From the NCBI GenBank assembly GCA_944372415.1, contig CALVZA010000002.1, forward strand, positions 8,358 to 72,357: a DNA stretch of 64,000 bases. The letters are read 5' to 3'. This document shows positions 1 to 10,747 of the stretch, piece by piece; within the stretch, counting starts at the first letter, position 1, and each line of letters starts with the position of its first letter. The position numbers and the translations under genes are program-made. Under the pieces are notes generated by a model. That model did not search any database. It saw nothing but the letters and a program-made list of their open reading frames with translations, and was not told the origin of the DNA. This DNA is from an uncultured Bacilli bacterium (GTDB taxonomy: Bacteria; Bacillota_I; Bacilli_A; RF39; UBA660).

Positions 1-63
1 TTACAAAAAGATTTTATTAAAACTAATAATATAGAAGCAGAAAAGAAAGCAAATGATATTTAT

Positions 64-264
64 TTGTTTGTTTTAGTTATTACATTGTTTATATATTTTT
101 ATTTTTTATATAGAAATTATAATGCTTATAAGAAAGCGTCTAGTGAAGAAAAAAATATTTTTACTATAAAAGTTTTGGGTACTGTTTTTTTAATTTCTGG
201 TGCATTATGTTTAATATATTTTCAAAGTCATAATCCTGATTTTGTTGGCTCGCCATCAATATAG
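64..264 (+). CDS. small hydrophobic protein, hypothetical
   Basis: 66-aa ORF with two predicted TM stretches; no recognisable motif. Confidence 0.25.
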   Translation: MFVLVITLFIYFYFLYRNYNAYKKASSEEKNIFTIKVLGTVFLISGALCLIYFQSHNPDFVGSPSI

Positions 265-343
265 TGTAAACTATTATTATTTAATTATGATAATAGTTAT
301 GTTTTTATATTATAATTTAATTATAGTATAAGGGAGGAATTAT

Positions 344-1363
344 ATGAAATGTGTTAGAATAAAAAATTCTAAGGAATTAGAAGTTGCTCAAGAAAATGAA
401 CCAGTTAGTAAGAATGGTAGTGTAGTTTTTAAAGTAGAGGCTTGCGGAATATGCGGTAGTGATATTCATTATTGGGAAAGTGGAGAACCAAATGAGTTAA
501 TTATGGGGCATGAGTTTGCTGGTACTGTAATTGATCCTGGAAGTAGAACTGATTTAAAAGTTGGAGATAAAATTACAGGTTTACCTATTTCTCCTTGTGG
601 AGTTTGTCAGGCTTGTAAGAGTGGTAATCCACAATATTGTAAATTAACTTGGTCTAAGGCAGTAGGTTTGTCTTTGATTAATAGTGGAGCTTATGCAGAA
701 GTTTCTAGTTGCAGAGCTGATATGGTAAAAAAACTTCCGGATACAATTACTTTTGACGAGGCAGCAATGGTAGAACCTAGTTCTGTGTCTTTACATGCTG
801 TAAATTTGGCAAATGTTAAAAATGGTGATAATGTTCTTATAATTGGTGGAGGAATTATCGGTTTAATGTGTGCTGAATTTGCAAAGTTAAATGGTGCAAA
901 ATATATTGCAATGTTAGAAACTAATGAAATGCGAGGGAAAAAAGCAGTTAATTATGGTTGTGTAAATGAATATTACAATGCTATAGACGAAAAAACAATC
1001 CCTACTTTAGTAGAAAAAACAGTTGGTGGTTTTGATGTAGTACTTGAGTGTTGTGGTAATAGTCCTGCAGTAAGTGAAGCAATTATGGCTGTAAGACCTG
1101 GAGGTACTGTTGTTTTAGTTGGTGTTTCATTAGGTCCAGTAACTGTACCATTAGTTATGGCTGTTATGGGTGAAGTTAAAATGCAAGGTGCTATTGCTTA
1201 TACAGTTAAAGAATTTGAAGATTGTATAGATATGATAGCAACTAAGAAAATTAATGTTGATAAATACATTGATGATAGAGTATCTTTAGAGGACGTTCAA
1301 AAATCTTTTGAAAGATTAACTAGTGGAAAAGATGAGGCTGTTAAAATTATAATAAAACCATAA
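344..1363 (+). CDS. Zn-dependent medium-chain dehydrogenase (sorbitol/L-iditol dehydrogenase-like)
   Basis: CGICGSDIHYW and GHEFAG Zn-ADH motifs; GGGIIGL Rossmann motif; RBS GGGAGG upstream. Confidence 0.85.
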   Translation: MKCVRIKNSKELEVAQENEPVSKNGSVVFKVEACGICGSDIHYWESGEPNELIMGHEFAGTVIDPGSRTDLKVGDKITGLPISPCGVCQACKSGNPQYCKLTWSKAVGLSLINSGAYAEVSSCRADMVKKLPDTITFDEAAMVEPSSVSLHAVNLANVKNGDNVLIIGGGIIGLMCAEFAKLNGAKYIAMLETNEMRGKKAVNYGCVNEYYNAIDEKTIPTLVEKTVGGFDVVLECCGNSPAVSEAIMAVRPGGTVVLVGVSLGPVTVPLVMAVMGEVKMQGAIAYTVKEFEDCIDMIATKKINVDKYIDDRVSLEDVQKSFERLTSGKDEAVKIIIKP

Positions 1364-1370
1364 TATATTT

Positions 1371-1631
1371 ATGGTTGTTTTAAATGGAGTAGATATTATG
1401 TTAGAAAGTAATATAAGTTTTGATTATATTGATGATGAGGGAAATTCTATAAAGTATGAAATAATAGATAGATTTAATAAGAATGGAAAAAATTATATTG
1501 TATATAGTGAAGAAGATAAAGAAGAGTTATATGCTGCTTTGTATGAAGTAATAGATAATAAAATTAAAATTATACCTATCATAGATGATAAAGATTATGA
1601 TATAGTCGATGAATACTTGGAGAATTTATAA
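1371..1631 (+). CDS. DUF1292/UPF0473-like small protein
   Basis: short acidic protein with YEIIDRF...YIVYSE pattern typical of DUF1292. Confidence 0.5.
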   Translation: MVVLNGVDIMLESNISFDYIDDEGNSIKYEIIDRFNKNGKNYIVYSEEDKEELYAALYEVIDNKIKIIPIIDDKDYDIVDEYLENL

Positions 1632-2767
1632 TGAATACAATAGAATTATATGTTAAAGATAACGGAAAAATAGTTTGTGTTTTATATGATGAAAATAAAA
1701 GTACTCATTATGTTTCTTTTGATGAATGTCTAGGTATAATAAAAAAAGTTTTAAATATTTCTAAATATATTAAATTTTGTGATGATAATGTTATTTTTAA
1801 AGCAAATCAAATTAATGTTTTAATAAAATCATATAATAATAATATAAGTATAGAATTAGATGAAATTATAAAAAAAGCTAGAAAAAAATTTATTACAAAT
1901 AAAAAAGAGAGACTTCGTAAAAATAAAATAAAAAGAATAGCTACTTTTTCTTCTACATTTATTTTATCTTCTAGTTTAATATTCTTATCGTTTTCAAATA
2001 GTACTAAGGGAAGTACAGTTAATGAATTTGATACTAAAAATTCTTATGAAGTTAATGATTTAAATATTAGTCATGATGATAGTAAAAATGATATTTATTT
2101 TTTTGATAATCAGAAAGGTGATGTTTATAATAATTTAATAAGTTATGATTTGTATTATGAAGATAGAACATATACAGATAAATTTATTGAAACTAAAGAT
2201 AATTATTTTAATGTAATAAAAAGTATATCAGAAGAATATGGAATAGACCCTAAAATAATGCTTGCTATTGCTACTCAGGAAAGTGGAGAACATAGAGTAG
2301 ATACAAATACTCCAGCACTTGGATTAATGCAAATAGAATTATCTGTTTGGGACGGTGAAAATGTAACTGCATTTAATTATAAAAATAATAAGGAAGAAAC
2401 GTTTAAAATTACTAAAGAAAAATTAAAAGATTTAGAATTTAATATTAGAGTTGCCTGTATGATTTTTCAAAATTGTTTAAAAAATTCTAACTATAATTTA
2501 GAAGTTGCTATTCAAATGTACAATTATGGGTATGGTAATATTTTAAAAACTTTTAAAATGTATTATGGAAGTACTGATATAGATTTAGATGATGTTTTAA
2601 ACAATTATGATGATGGGTGGTTAGATTATAGAGAAAAAATTAATGTTGGAGATAAATTATATTTAGAACACGTTTTATCATATATTGAAGATGCTAGTAA
2701 TTTAGAATGTATTAGTGGAAGTGAAAGAGTAACATTTTCTTTTAATGATAACGTAAAAAAATTATAA
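1631..2767 (+). CDS. membrane-anchored lytic transglycosylase (SLT domain)
   Basis: N-terminal TM; C-terminal MLAIATQESGEH...GLMQI SLT catalytic motif. Confidence 0.7.
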   Translation: MNTIELYVKDNGKIVCVLYDENKSTHYVSFDECLGIIKKVLNISKYIKFCDDNVIFKANQINVLIKSYNNNISIELDEIIKKARKKFITNKKERLRKNKIKRIATFSSTFILSSSLIFLSFSNSTKGSTVNEFDTKNSYEVNDLNISHDDSKNDIYFFDNQKGDVYNNLISYDLYYEDRTYTDKFIETKDNYFNVIKSISEEYGIDPKIMLAIATQESGEHRVDTNTPALGLMQIELSVWDGENVTAFNYKNNKEETFKITKEKLKDLEFNIRVACMIFQNCLKNSNYNLEVAIQMYNYGYGNILKTFKMYYGSTDIDLDDVLNNYDDGWLDYREKINVGDKLYLEHVLSYIEDASNLECISGSERVTFSFNDNVKKL

Positions 2768-2842
2768 TATTAGGTTATAAAACGATATTTTTTGTTTTAG
2801 ATATTTAAAATATATGTTAGAATAATTTATAGGTGGTTATTT

Positions 2843-3346
2843 ATGGTAAAAGGAAAAAATAAATTAAAACAAAAAAAAGTTATTAATGAAGATATAACTA
2901 ATATAAGAAATTTAATTATTTTATTAATTATAGTTATTCTAATATGTATTGGTTTATATTTTTTTACTGATAGCATGATTAAGAGAGATAATAAGGTAGA
3001 TGATACTAAAAGTGAAGTTAATATAAATTATGATACTGCTACTGTTGGAACTATGTTTAATAGAGTAGAAGATGAGTATTATGTAATATTATATTCTAGT
3101 GAAGATGATGGTTCTAGCTTGGATAGTGTTGTTGCAACTTATAGAAGTAGTGATAATTATATTGCAACTTATTTTATTGATTTAGATAAAAAAATTAATA
3201 ATAATGTTTTAGGAGATGAACTTATAAAAAATCCTAAAAATAGTTCTGAAGTTAAAGTTAAAGGAGCTACTTTATATAAGATAAAGAATGGGAAAGTTAT
3301 TAACTGTTATAGTGGTGTTGATAATATAATTGAAATTTTAAAATAG
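2843..3346 (+). CDS. membrane-anchored hypothetical protein
   Basis: N-terminal TM; followed by terminator hairpin at 3345-3368. Confidence 0.4.
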   Translation: MVKGKNKLKQKKVINEDITNIRNLIILLIIVILICIGLYFFTDSMIKRDNKVDDTKSEVNINYDTATVGTMFNRVEDEYYVILYSSEDDGSSLDSVVATYRSSDNYIATYFIDLDKKINNNVLGDELIKNPKNSSEVKVKGATLYKIKNGKVINCYSGVDNIIEILK

Positions 3347-3368
3347 ATGTTAAGCATCTTTTTTTTAG
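3345..3368 (+). terminator. rho-independent terminator
   Basis: AGATGttaagCATCT hairpin followed by T8. Confidence 0.6.
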
Positions 3369-3393
3369 TTTAGATATATGTTAGAATTTTATT

Positions 3394-4596
3394 GTGGAGA
3401 GAATTATGAAGAAAATTAAATTAAATTTTTTACAATTATCGTTATTAGTATTTATACCAAGTATAATTTTATCTATTGTTAGTAGTTCATTAGTGTATAG
3501 TAGTTTAAGTAATACTGGTAAAGTAACTACTACTAATAATAAACATGTAAATGAATTTATTAATACTTATAATAAATTATTAGATGAATATTATGAAGAT
3601 TTGAATGAAAATGAATTAGTTGATGCAGCTATAAATGGGATGCTTTCATATGTTGGAGATGATTATACTATTTATATGAATGAAGATGCAACTGATACTT
3701 TGAATGAAAAATTAAATGGTACTTATGAGGGTATTGGTATTCGTATTAGCTTAAATGATAATGGAGATATTTATGTTTTTGAAGTGTTTGATGAGTCTCC
3801 TGCAAGTAAAGCTGGAATAATGGTTAATGATATTATAAAAAGTATAAATGGTGAAAGTGTTGTTGGCAAGACAACACAAGAGGCTTCTTTAATAATACAA
3901 AATAGTAAAGAAAGTAAAATTAATATTGTAATTGGAAGAGAAGGCCAAGAAATGTCTTTTGATATAGAAAGAAAGACATTGATTGTGCCAGCACTAAATA
4001 GTTCTATAAAAGAAGTTAATGGTAAGAAAATTGGGTATTTGTATTTAGAAACTTTTTCTAGTACTGTTGATACTCAGGTTGAATCTACTTTATTAAAAAT
4101 GGAAAATGAGGGTATTGATTCTTTAATTATTGACGTTAGAAATAATACTGGAGGTTATTTAAGTAGTTGTACAAATATTATAGAGTTATTTTTAGAAAAG
4201 AATAAGTTGATGTATAGTATAAAGTCTAAAACTAGTAGTGAAAAGTTTAAAGATAAGACTGATACTAAAAGAGATTATCCTATAGTTGTGTTAGTAAATG
4301 GTGGTAGTGCAAGTGCTAGTGAAATTTTAGCAGGTGCTTTAAAATATAGTTATGGGGCTACTTTAATTGGAACAAAAACTTATGGCAAAGGTAAAGTTCA
4401 GTCAACCGATACTTTAGAAGACGGTACTATGATAAAGTATACAAGTGCTAGATGGCTTATGCCTAATGGAACTTGCATAGATGAAATTGGAATTACTCCA
4501 GATGTAAATATTGAACCAAGTGAAGAGTTTCTTAAAAACTATACTGAAGAATATGATAATCAATTAAATGAAGCTATTAAAATATTGTCGGAGTAA
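3394..4596 (+). CDS. S41 family C-terminal processing peptidase (Ctp, PDZ domain)
   Basis: PDZ region plus GGSASASEILAGAL S41 catalytic motif; N-terminal TM. Confidence 0.8.
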   Translation: MERIMKKIKLNFLQLSLLVFIPSIILSIVSSSLVYSSLSNTGKVTTTNNKHVNEFINTYNKLLDEYYEDLNENELVDAAINGMLSYVGDDYTIYMNEDATDTLNEKLNGTYEGIGIRISLNDNGDIYVFEVFDESPASKAGIMVNDIIKSINGESVVGKTTQEASLIIQNSKESKINIVIGREGQEMSFDIERKTLIVPALNSSIKEVNGKKIGYLYLETFSSTVDTQVESTLLKMENEGIDSLIIDVRNNTGGYLSSCTNIIELFLEKNKLMYSIKSKTSSEKFKDKTDTKRDYPIVVLVNGGSASASEILAGALKYSYGATLIGTKTYGKGKVQSTDTLEDGTMIKYTSARWLMPNGTCIDEIGITPDVNIEPSEEFLKNYTEEYDNQLNEAIKILSE

Positions 4597-4720
4597 ATCT
4601 ATTCGACAATATTTTTCTTTTATTGACAAAAATTTACAATACTTTACAAAAAAATTTCTTTATATTTGTCATTTATTATACTATAATTAATTTGCGTGCA
4701 GTAAAGAGGGAGACAATGTT

Positions 4721-5470
4721 ATGAAAAATAAAATACGTGTATTATTGGTTGATTCTGATAAGGATCAAATAAGTAGTATAGAGAAGTATTTTAGTAGTCA
4801 CGCAGTAATAGATATAGTAAAAATGTGTAATGATGGTAATAGTGCTATCAATTATATTGAATCAAATTCTAATAATTTTGATTTAGTTATTATGGATTTA
4901 TTATTACCAAATAAAGACGGTTTAAGTATTATTAAAGATATGAGGGATAATGGTATTAATAAGAATATTATAGTACTTACTGGTTATAATTCTTTAGATG
5001 TTATAAAACAAGTAAGTTTGTATAATATAAATTATTTTATGCTAAAGCCTTTTAATTTAAATGATTTAGAATATCAAATACTTAATATTAAAGGTATTAG
5101 AGGAAATGTTTTAGATATAGATAAAAAACTTCAGTCTAATATATCTAATTTATTACATTCTTTAGGAGTTCCTTCTCATATAAAAGGTTATGAATATATT
5201 AGAGAAGGAATAGGTCTTATGTATAATAAACCATCTATGTTAGGTGCTATTACTAAAGAAATGTATCCTGAAATAGCAGTTAAGTTTAATACAACAAGTA
5301 GTAGAGTTGAAAGAGCAATTAGGCATGCTATTGAGGTTAGTTGGAATAGAGGAGACTATGATTTAATGGAAGAAGTTTTTGGTCATAGTGTAGATTATGA
5401 TAGAGCAAAACCTACTAATAGTGAGTTTATTGCTACATTAGCAGATAAGTTAAGATTAGAAAATAAATAG
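4721..5470 (+). CDS. spo0A: sporulation master regulator Spo0A
   Basis: receiver domain (LLVDSD...DLVIMDLLLP) plus Spo0A C-terminal signature (GVPSHIKGYEYIREGI, SRVERAIRHAIEVSWNRG, KPTNSEFIATLADKL). Confidence 0.9.
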   Translation: MKNKIRVLLVDSDKDQISSIEKYFSSHAVIDIVKMCNDGNSAINYIESNSNNFDLVIMDLLLPNKDGLSIIKDMRDNGINKNIIVLTGYNSLDVIKQVSLYNINYFMLKPFNLNDLEYQILNIKGIRGNVLDIDKKLQSNISNLLHSLGVPSHIKGYEYIREGIGLMYNKPSMLGAITKEMYPEIAVKFNTTSSRVERAIRHAIEVSWNRGDYDLMEEVFGHSVDYDRAKPTNSEFIATLADKLRLENK

Positions 5471-5530
5471 TGAATAAAATATAAATTTTATCCTCATTAT
5501 ATTCATAAGATTTATAAGGAGGATTTTTTT

Positions 5531-7393
5531 ATGGACAAAAAAAATAGTGATAGTTTAGATAAAATTTTAAGTTTAGCAGAAAAAGAAATGTTGAAGTTAA
5601 ATCATCCATATGTTGGTAGTGAGCATTTATTATTGGCACTTTTAAAAGATAAAAGTATTAAAAGTATTTGTGACGAATATGACTTAACTTATGAATTATT
5701 TAAAGAAGAACTTATAAATGTTATTGGTAAATCAAACGTAAAAACTACAACTATTTTACATACACCCCTTTTAAAAAATATTATAAATGATGCAAAAAAG
5801 GATGCAAAGGAAAATAATGATGGAATTGTTACTCCCAATCATTTAATGATAAGTATTTTAGAAAGTGGAGATGGAATAGGAGTTAGAATTTTAATTAGTT
5901 TAGGTATAGATTTAGAATCTATTTATAAAGATTTAAAAAGAACATATAATCCTATTTTTAATAGTTTAAAAAAATATGGTTATGATTTATCTATAAATGA
6001 TACAGTATTAGTTGGAAGAAATGATGAAATTAACCAAATAGTAGAAATCTTATTTAGAAAGAATAAAAATAATCCTCTATTAGTAGGAGATGCTGGAGTT
6101 GGAAAAACTGCAATAGTTGAAGCGTTGGCTACTAAGATATATAATGGAGAATATGACAAATTTAAAAATTATAAAATATTTAATTTAGATATGTCATTAT
6201 TATTAGCAGGAAGTAAATATAGAGGAGATTTTGAGGAAAGATTAAACACTGTTATAAAAGAAGTTATTGATAATGGGAAAATAATTTTGTTTATTGATGA
6301 AATACATACTATTATGAATGCTGGTGGTAGTGAAGGAGCAATTGATGCCGCAAATATTTTAAAACCTTATTTATGTAAAGATAAATTAAAAATAATAGGA
6401 GCAACAACAACTAGTGAATATAAAAAATATATAAGTAAAGATAAAGCATTAGTAAGAAGATTTGATATTGTAAATATAAATGAACCTACAATAGATGAGA
6501 CTAAAGATATTTTATATAAAGTTAAAGATAATTATAAAAAATATCACGGAATAAATATTACTAAAAATAATTTGGAATTAATGCTAAATTTAAGTAATAA
6601 ATATATGGTAGATAAAAAAAATCCTGATAAAGTTATAGATTTATTAGATAGTGTTTGCTCTTATGTAAAAAATAATAATAAAAAATCAATTTCTAAAAGT
6701 GATATTGAAAGTGTTTTAAGTAGAAAAATTAATAGAAAGTTTGAGTTTAATAAAGATTTAATTTTAAAAAATTTATTAAGTAAAATTTATGGACAAGATA
6801 ATGCTATAGAAAAGATATTAAGTATAATGGAAGATAGAGGGACTTTTAAAAGTATTTTATTATTAGGAGGTATTGGAGTTGGAAAAAGTATAAGTGTTAA
6901 AGAGATTGCAAGTGAAGTATGTATGAATTTTATTTCTATTGATATGGGAGAATATAGTAATTATTATAGTATTAATAATATATATTCTGGAGAGTTTAGT
7001 TTATATAATAAGTTAGAAGATAATAGTATAATTTTATTTGATAATATAGAAAAAAGTAATTTATGTGTTCTTGATGTTATTTTAAAAATAATTTATGAAA
7101 AGAAAATAAAAGATAAGAGTATAGATAATAGTATAGTATTTTTAAGTGCTACTAATAAAGTTAAATACCCGATAGGTTTTAGTAAGAATATAGATAATGT
7201 TAGTTATAATAATAAAAAAGTTTTAGAAACAGTAGATTATATTATTAATTATAATGATATAAATGAAGAAGCTATAAATAAGTTTATTGAGTTTAATAAT
7301 ATAAAAGATTTTGATTATAGAAATTGTGATTATGTTAATTATGGGTTTAGAGGTGTTAAGATAAGTTTGTCTAGTAAGAATTTTATGAAATAA
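5531..7393 (+). CDS. ClpC-like AAA+ ATPase, shortened, with degenerate second module
   Basis: Clp N-domain repeats; D1 Walker A GDAGVGKT and Walker B ILFIDEIH; second module has GGIGVGKS but Walker B ILFDNIE and a truncated C-terminus (620 aa versus about 810). Confidence 0.6.
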   Translation: MDKKNSDSLDKILSLAEKEMLKLNHPYVGSEHLLLALLKDKSIKSICDEYDLTYELFKEELINVIGKSNVKTTTILHTPLLKNIINDAKKDAKENNDGIVTPNHLMISILESGDGIGVRILISLGIDLESIYKDLKRTYNPIFNSLKKYGYDLSINDTVLVGRNDEINQIVEILFRKNKNNPLLVGDAGVGKTAIVEALATKIYNGEYDKFKNYKIFNLDMSLLLAGSKYRGDFEERLNTVIKEVIDNGKIILFIDEIHTIMNAGGSEGAIDAANILKPYLCKDKLKIIGATTTSEYKKYISKDKALVRRFDIVNINEPTIDETKDILYKVKDNYKKYHGINITKNNLELMLNLSNKYMVDKKNPDKVIDLLDSVCSYVKNNNKKSISKSDIESVLSRKINRKFEFNKDLILKNLLSKIYGQDNAIEKILSIMEDRGTFKSILLLGGIGVGKSISVKEIASEVCMNFISIDMGEYSNYYSINNIYSGEFSLYNKLEDNSIILFDNIEKSNLCVLDVILKIIYEKKIKDKSIDNSIVFLSATNKVKYPIGFSKNIDNVSYNNKKVLETVDYIINYNDINEEAINKFIEFNNIKDFDYRNCDYVNYGFRGVKISLSSKNFMK

Positions 7394-7405
7394 GTTTTAT
7401 ATATT

Positions 7406-7433
7406 AGATATCAATTATAGTGGTATCTTTTTA
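7406..7433 (+). terminator. rho-independent terminator
   Basis: AGATATC...GGTATCT hairpin followed by TTTTT. Confidence 0.5.
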
Positions 7434-7509
7434 TATATATTTTAGTTAATAAGATTATATTATTTTCATATAATTTTCATATAAAATATGATAGAATATT
7501 GACAAGGAG

Positions 7510-8919
7510 TTGAGTGTTATGAGATTTTATAATACATTAACTAGAAAGACTGAAGAATTTATTCCTAGAGATAGAGATAACGTTACCATGTATACTTGTG
7601 GACCAACTGTTTATCATTATGCACATATAGGTAATTTAAGAACTTATATTATGGAAGATATTTTGGAAAAAAGTTTAAATTATATTGGTAATAAGGTTAA
7701 TAGAGTTATGAATATTACTGATGTTGGTCATTTATCTAGTGATGCTGATACAGGTGAAGATAAAATGATTAAAGGTGCTCAGAGAGAACATAAATCTGTT
7801 ATGGAAATTGCTAGTTATTATACGGAATGTTTCAAAAATGACTGTAAAGAATTAAATATTAAGTGGCCAGATACAGTTATTCCTGCAACAAGTATGATTG
7901 ATGATTACATAGAGTTTATTAAAGTGTTAGAAAGCAAGGGGTATACTTATTTTGCTGGAGGCAATGTATATTTTGATACTTCTAAATTAGATAATTATTA
8001 TGTACTTACAAATAATGATGAAGAGAATTTAAAAGAGGCAGTTAGAGATGATGTTTTGGTTGATAAAAACAAAAAGAATAAAATAGATTTTGTATTATGG
8101 TTTACTAAGTCTAAGTTTGATAGTCAAGAACTTAAATGGGACAGTCCTTGGGGTGTTGGGTATCCTGGTTGGCACATTGAATGTAGTTCGATCTCTTTAA
8201 AATGTTTAGGAGAGTATTTAGATATACATTGTGGAGGAGTTGATAATAAATTTCCACATCATACTAATGAAATTGCTCAAACTGAAAGTTATTTGGGACA
8301 TAAGTGGTGTAATTATTGGTTTCATCCAGAACATTTAAATGATGCGTCAGGTAAGATGAGTAAATCAAAGGGTGAGTTTTTAACAGTTTCTTTATTAAAA
8401 GAAAAAGGTTATAATCCATTAAGTTTTAGATATATGTGTTTAAATAGTCATTATAGAAAACAATTAGTGTTTAGCTTTGACAATTTATCTAGTTCAGAAA
8501 ATGCTTATAATAAGTTATTAAATAAAATAAATTCTTTAAGTGAAGAGGGTGAGATAGATACTAATAAGTTTGATGAGTATAATAATAAATTTATAGAATA
8601 TATTAATAATGATTTAAATACTGCTAATGCAATTACTTTAATTTATGAGTTATTAAAAAATGATATTGTTAATGGTAAAACAAAATTAGAATTAATAAGA
8701 AGTTTTGATAAAGTTTTAAGTTTAGATTTGATAAGAAAAGAAAAAGTAAGTGATAAGCATAATTATATTATGTCTAAAATAGATGAGAGAAATAATGCTA
8801 AAAAGAACAAAGATTATGCATTAGCAGATAAAATACGTAATGAATTAGCAAAAGAAGGAATAATATTAGTTGATACAAGAGAAGGTACAACTTATAAATT
8901 GGAGGAATTGTATGAGTAA
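7510..8919 (+). CDS. cysS: cysteinyl-tRNA synthetase
   Basis: class I HIGN ([12 protein letters not shown]) and KMSKS ([10 protein letters not shown]) motifs; Zn-binding Cys. Confidence 0.95.
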   Translation: MSVMRFYNTLTRKTEEFIPRDRDNVTMYTCGPTVYHYAHIGNLRTYIMEDILEKSLNYIGNKVNRVMNITDVGHLSSDADTGEDKMIKGAQREHKSVMEIASYYTECFKNDCKELNIKWPDTVIPATSMIDDYIEFIKVLESKGYTYFAGGNVYFDTSKLDNYYVLTNNDEENLKEAVRDDVLVDKNKKNKIDFVLWFTKSKFDSQELKWDSPWGVGYPGWHIECSSISLKCLGEYLDIHCGGVDNKFPHHTNEIAQTESYLGHKWCNYWFHPEHLNDASGKMSKSKGEFLTVSLLKEKGYNPLSFRYMCLNSHYRKQLVFSFDNLSSSENAYNKLLNKINSLSEEGEIDTNKFDEYNNKFIEYINNDLNTANAITLIYELLKNDIVNGKTKLELIRSFDKVLSLDLIRKEKVSDKHNYIMSKIDERNNAKKNKDYALADKIRNELAKEGIILVDTREGTTYKLEELYE

Positions 8920-9583
8920 TATTGGTTTATATTTTTTAGCACTTATTATACCAATAGTGGCACAGTTATATGTTTCTAGCAGTTATAATAAGTATAAAAA
9001 AATAAATAATCGTAAGAAGTTAACTGGATTTGAAGTAGCTAGAAAAATTTTAGATAAAAATGGGTTAAATGATTTATATATTGTTGAAACTGAAGGAAAT
9101 TTAACTGATCATTATGATCCTAGAAGAAAAACTGTTAAGTTAAGCAGTGATATTTTTCATGGTGATACTATTGCAGCGATGGCTGTTGCAGCACATGAAT
9201 GTGGTCATGCTATACAAGATAAAGATGGTTATTTCTTTATGCGTGTACGAAGTTTTATATTTCCAATTGTTAGTTTTGGTACTAAGTTTGCTTATGTGGT
9301 TTTGTTAATTGGTTTATTTGCAAATTTAATGAATTTGATTTGGCTAGGTATTATATTGGTTGGCTTAGGATTAGTTTTTCAATTAGTTACATTACCTGTT
9401 GAATTTGATGCTAGTAAAAGGGCATTAAAAGAATTGGAAACTACTATTTTGGTAGATGAAGATGATAAAATTGGTACTAAATCTATGTTAACTGCTGCTG
9501 CAATGACTTATGTTGCAGGTGTTTTATCAAGTGCTTTAGAAATATTAAGGTTAATATTAATATTTACAAATAGAAGGGATTAA
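8912..9583 (+). CDS. putative neutral zinc metallopeptidase (Zn_peptidase_2 family)
   Basis: HECGH HExxH motif; multi-TM; start moved to ATG 8912 preceded by GGAGGA RBS, overlapping the cysS stop. Confidence 0.7.
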   Translation: MSNIGLYFLALIIPIVAQLYVSSSYNKYKKINNRKKLTGFEVARKILDKNGLNDLYIVETEGNLTDHYDPRRKTVKLSSDIFHGDTIAAMAVAAHECGHAIQDKDGYFFMRVRSFIFPIVSFGTKFAYVVLLIGLFANLMNLIWLGIILVGLGLVFQLVTLPVEFDASKRALKELETTILVDEDDKIGTKSMLTAAAMTYVAGVLSSALEILRLILIFTNRRD

Positions 9584-9705
9584 AGATAACAAAGTGATTA
9601 ATTCTTTTTTTTATGTAAATATGCTGTATAATTTTTGATGATAAGTAAAATAAAATTGCTTTTGTTTTATTAAAAATATAAAATTATTATAAGAGGTGTT
9701 ATAAT

Positions 9706-10383
9706 ATGGCAAATGATAATTATTTTTCTGATTATAAAGAAATGTTTGAAGTTATAAATCAAAATAGTGATAGAGTTAGAAATATGGAACAAAGAAAAAA
9801 AATAGCTGAAGCAGCATATCAGTTACATAGAGAGAAAAAAGATAAATTTAAGAAAAGAGTAAGACTGATTTTAGTAATTGCTGTTTTGGTCACTGGTATA
9901 GGTTTTGGAACAAATATTTTAGATGATGTTATAGAAAGACAGAAACAATTAAATGAAGCAAATAGTTATATGAATTATGCTATAAATTTTGTTTGCCCTG
10001 AGTTAGATAGAGGTGTTCTATCTGATAAAGCTATTGTATTATTTAATAATGATGAAGAATCATATAGAAAAATATGTGATGAATTACAAACTGAGTTTGG
10101 ATTATCTAGGGATTGTGCTATTTATTGTATTGCTAAACAATATGGAGATGATGCTTTTGATAAAGTAACTAAATCTTATGGATATGAAGGTAAAGATAAA
10201 TTTTTATATGATTATTATTCAAGACCTACTTCTATTTCAAATTCTGGAGAAACAGTTTATACTAAGGAAGGGTCATTTAAAGTTTTTGAAAATAATGTTC
10301 AAGTAGAATTAGTGAATAAAGTAAATTTGATTAAAGAAATGATGGAAAAAAAAGTTGTAGAAAGTAAGGGTATGGTAAAATGA
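9706..10383 (+). CDS. hypothetical single-TM protein
   Basis: ORF with one TM; no recognisable motif. Confidence 0.35.
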   Translation: MANDNYFSDYKEMFEVINQNSDRVRNMEQRKKIAEAAYQLHREKKDKFKKRVRLILVIAVLVTGIGFGTNILDDVIERQKQLNEANSYMNYAINFVCPELDRGVLSDKAIVLFNNDEESYRKICDELQTEFGLSRDCAIYCIAKQYGDDAFDKVTKSYGYEGKDKFLYDYYSRPTSISNSGETVYTKEGSFKVFENNVQVELVNKVNLIKEMMEKKVVESKGMVK

Positions 10384-10595
10384 ATAGTGATGAAATATTA
10401 GTTAAATCGTATAATATTGATGGCAAAAAATATATTGTAGTAAATGAATTAGATTATAATAATATTCATTATTTATATTTATCTAATGAAGAAAATATTA
10501 AAGATATAATGCTTATGAAAATTATAGATGGTTATTTAGAACCTTTAGATAGTGAACAGGAAATAAAAGAAGTATTAAAATTATTGGTTAAATAA
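10380..10595 (+). CDS. DUF1292-like small protein
   Basis: overlapping start/stop with upstream ORF; KKYIVVNEL...HYLYLSNEE pattern. Confidence 0.4.
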   Translation: MNSDEILVKSYNIDGKKYIVVNELDYNNIHYLYLSNEENIKDIMLMKIIDGYLEPLDSEQEIKEVLKLLVK

Positions 10596-10747
10596 GTTGC
10601 TAGTTATTGGCAATTTTTTTAATTTTTATTAGTTAATTAATTTTTTTATAAAGATTGTTTATAATATTAAAGATTGCTTGTTTTATAAAAAAATAAATGT
10701 TAGAATATTTTGGTAATAAAAGGCGCAGGTTAGGAAGGAATGATATT

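Noticed and set aside
7394-7509. Possible T-box leader upstream of cysS
   Set aside because: The intergenic region is only about 115 nt. It consists of the upstream gene's terminator plus a promoter and RBS, which is too short for a T-box riboswitch.
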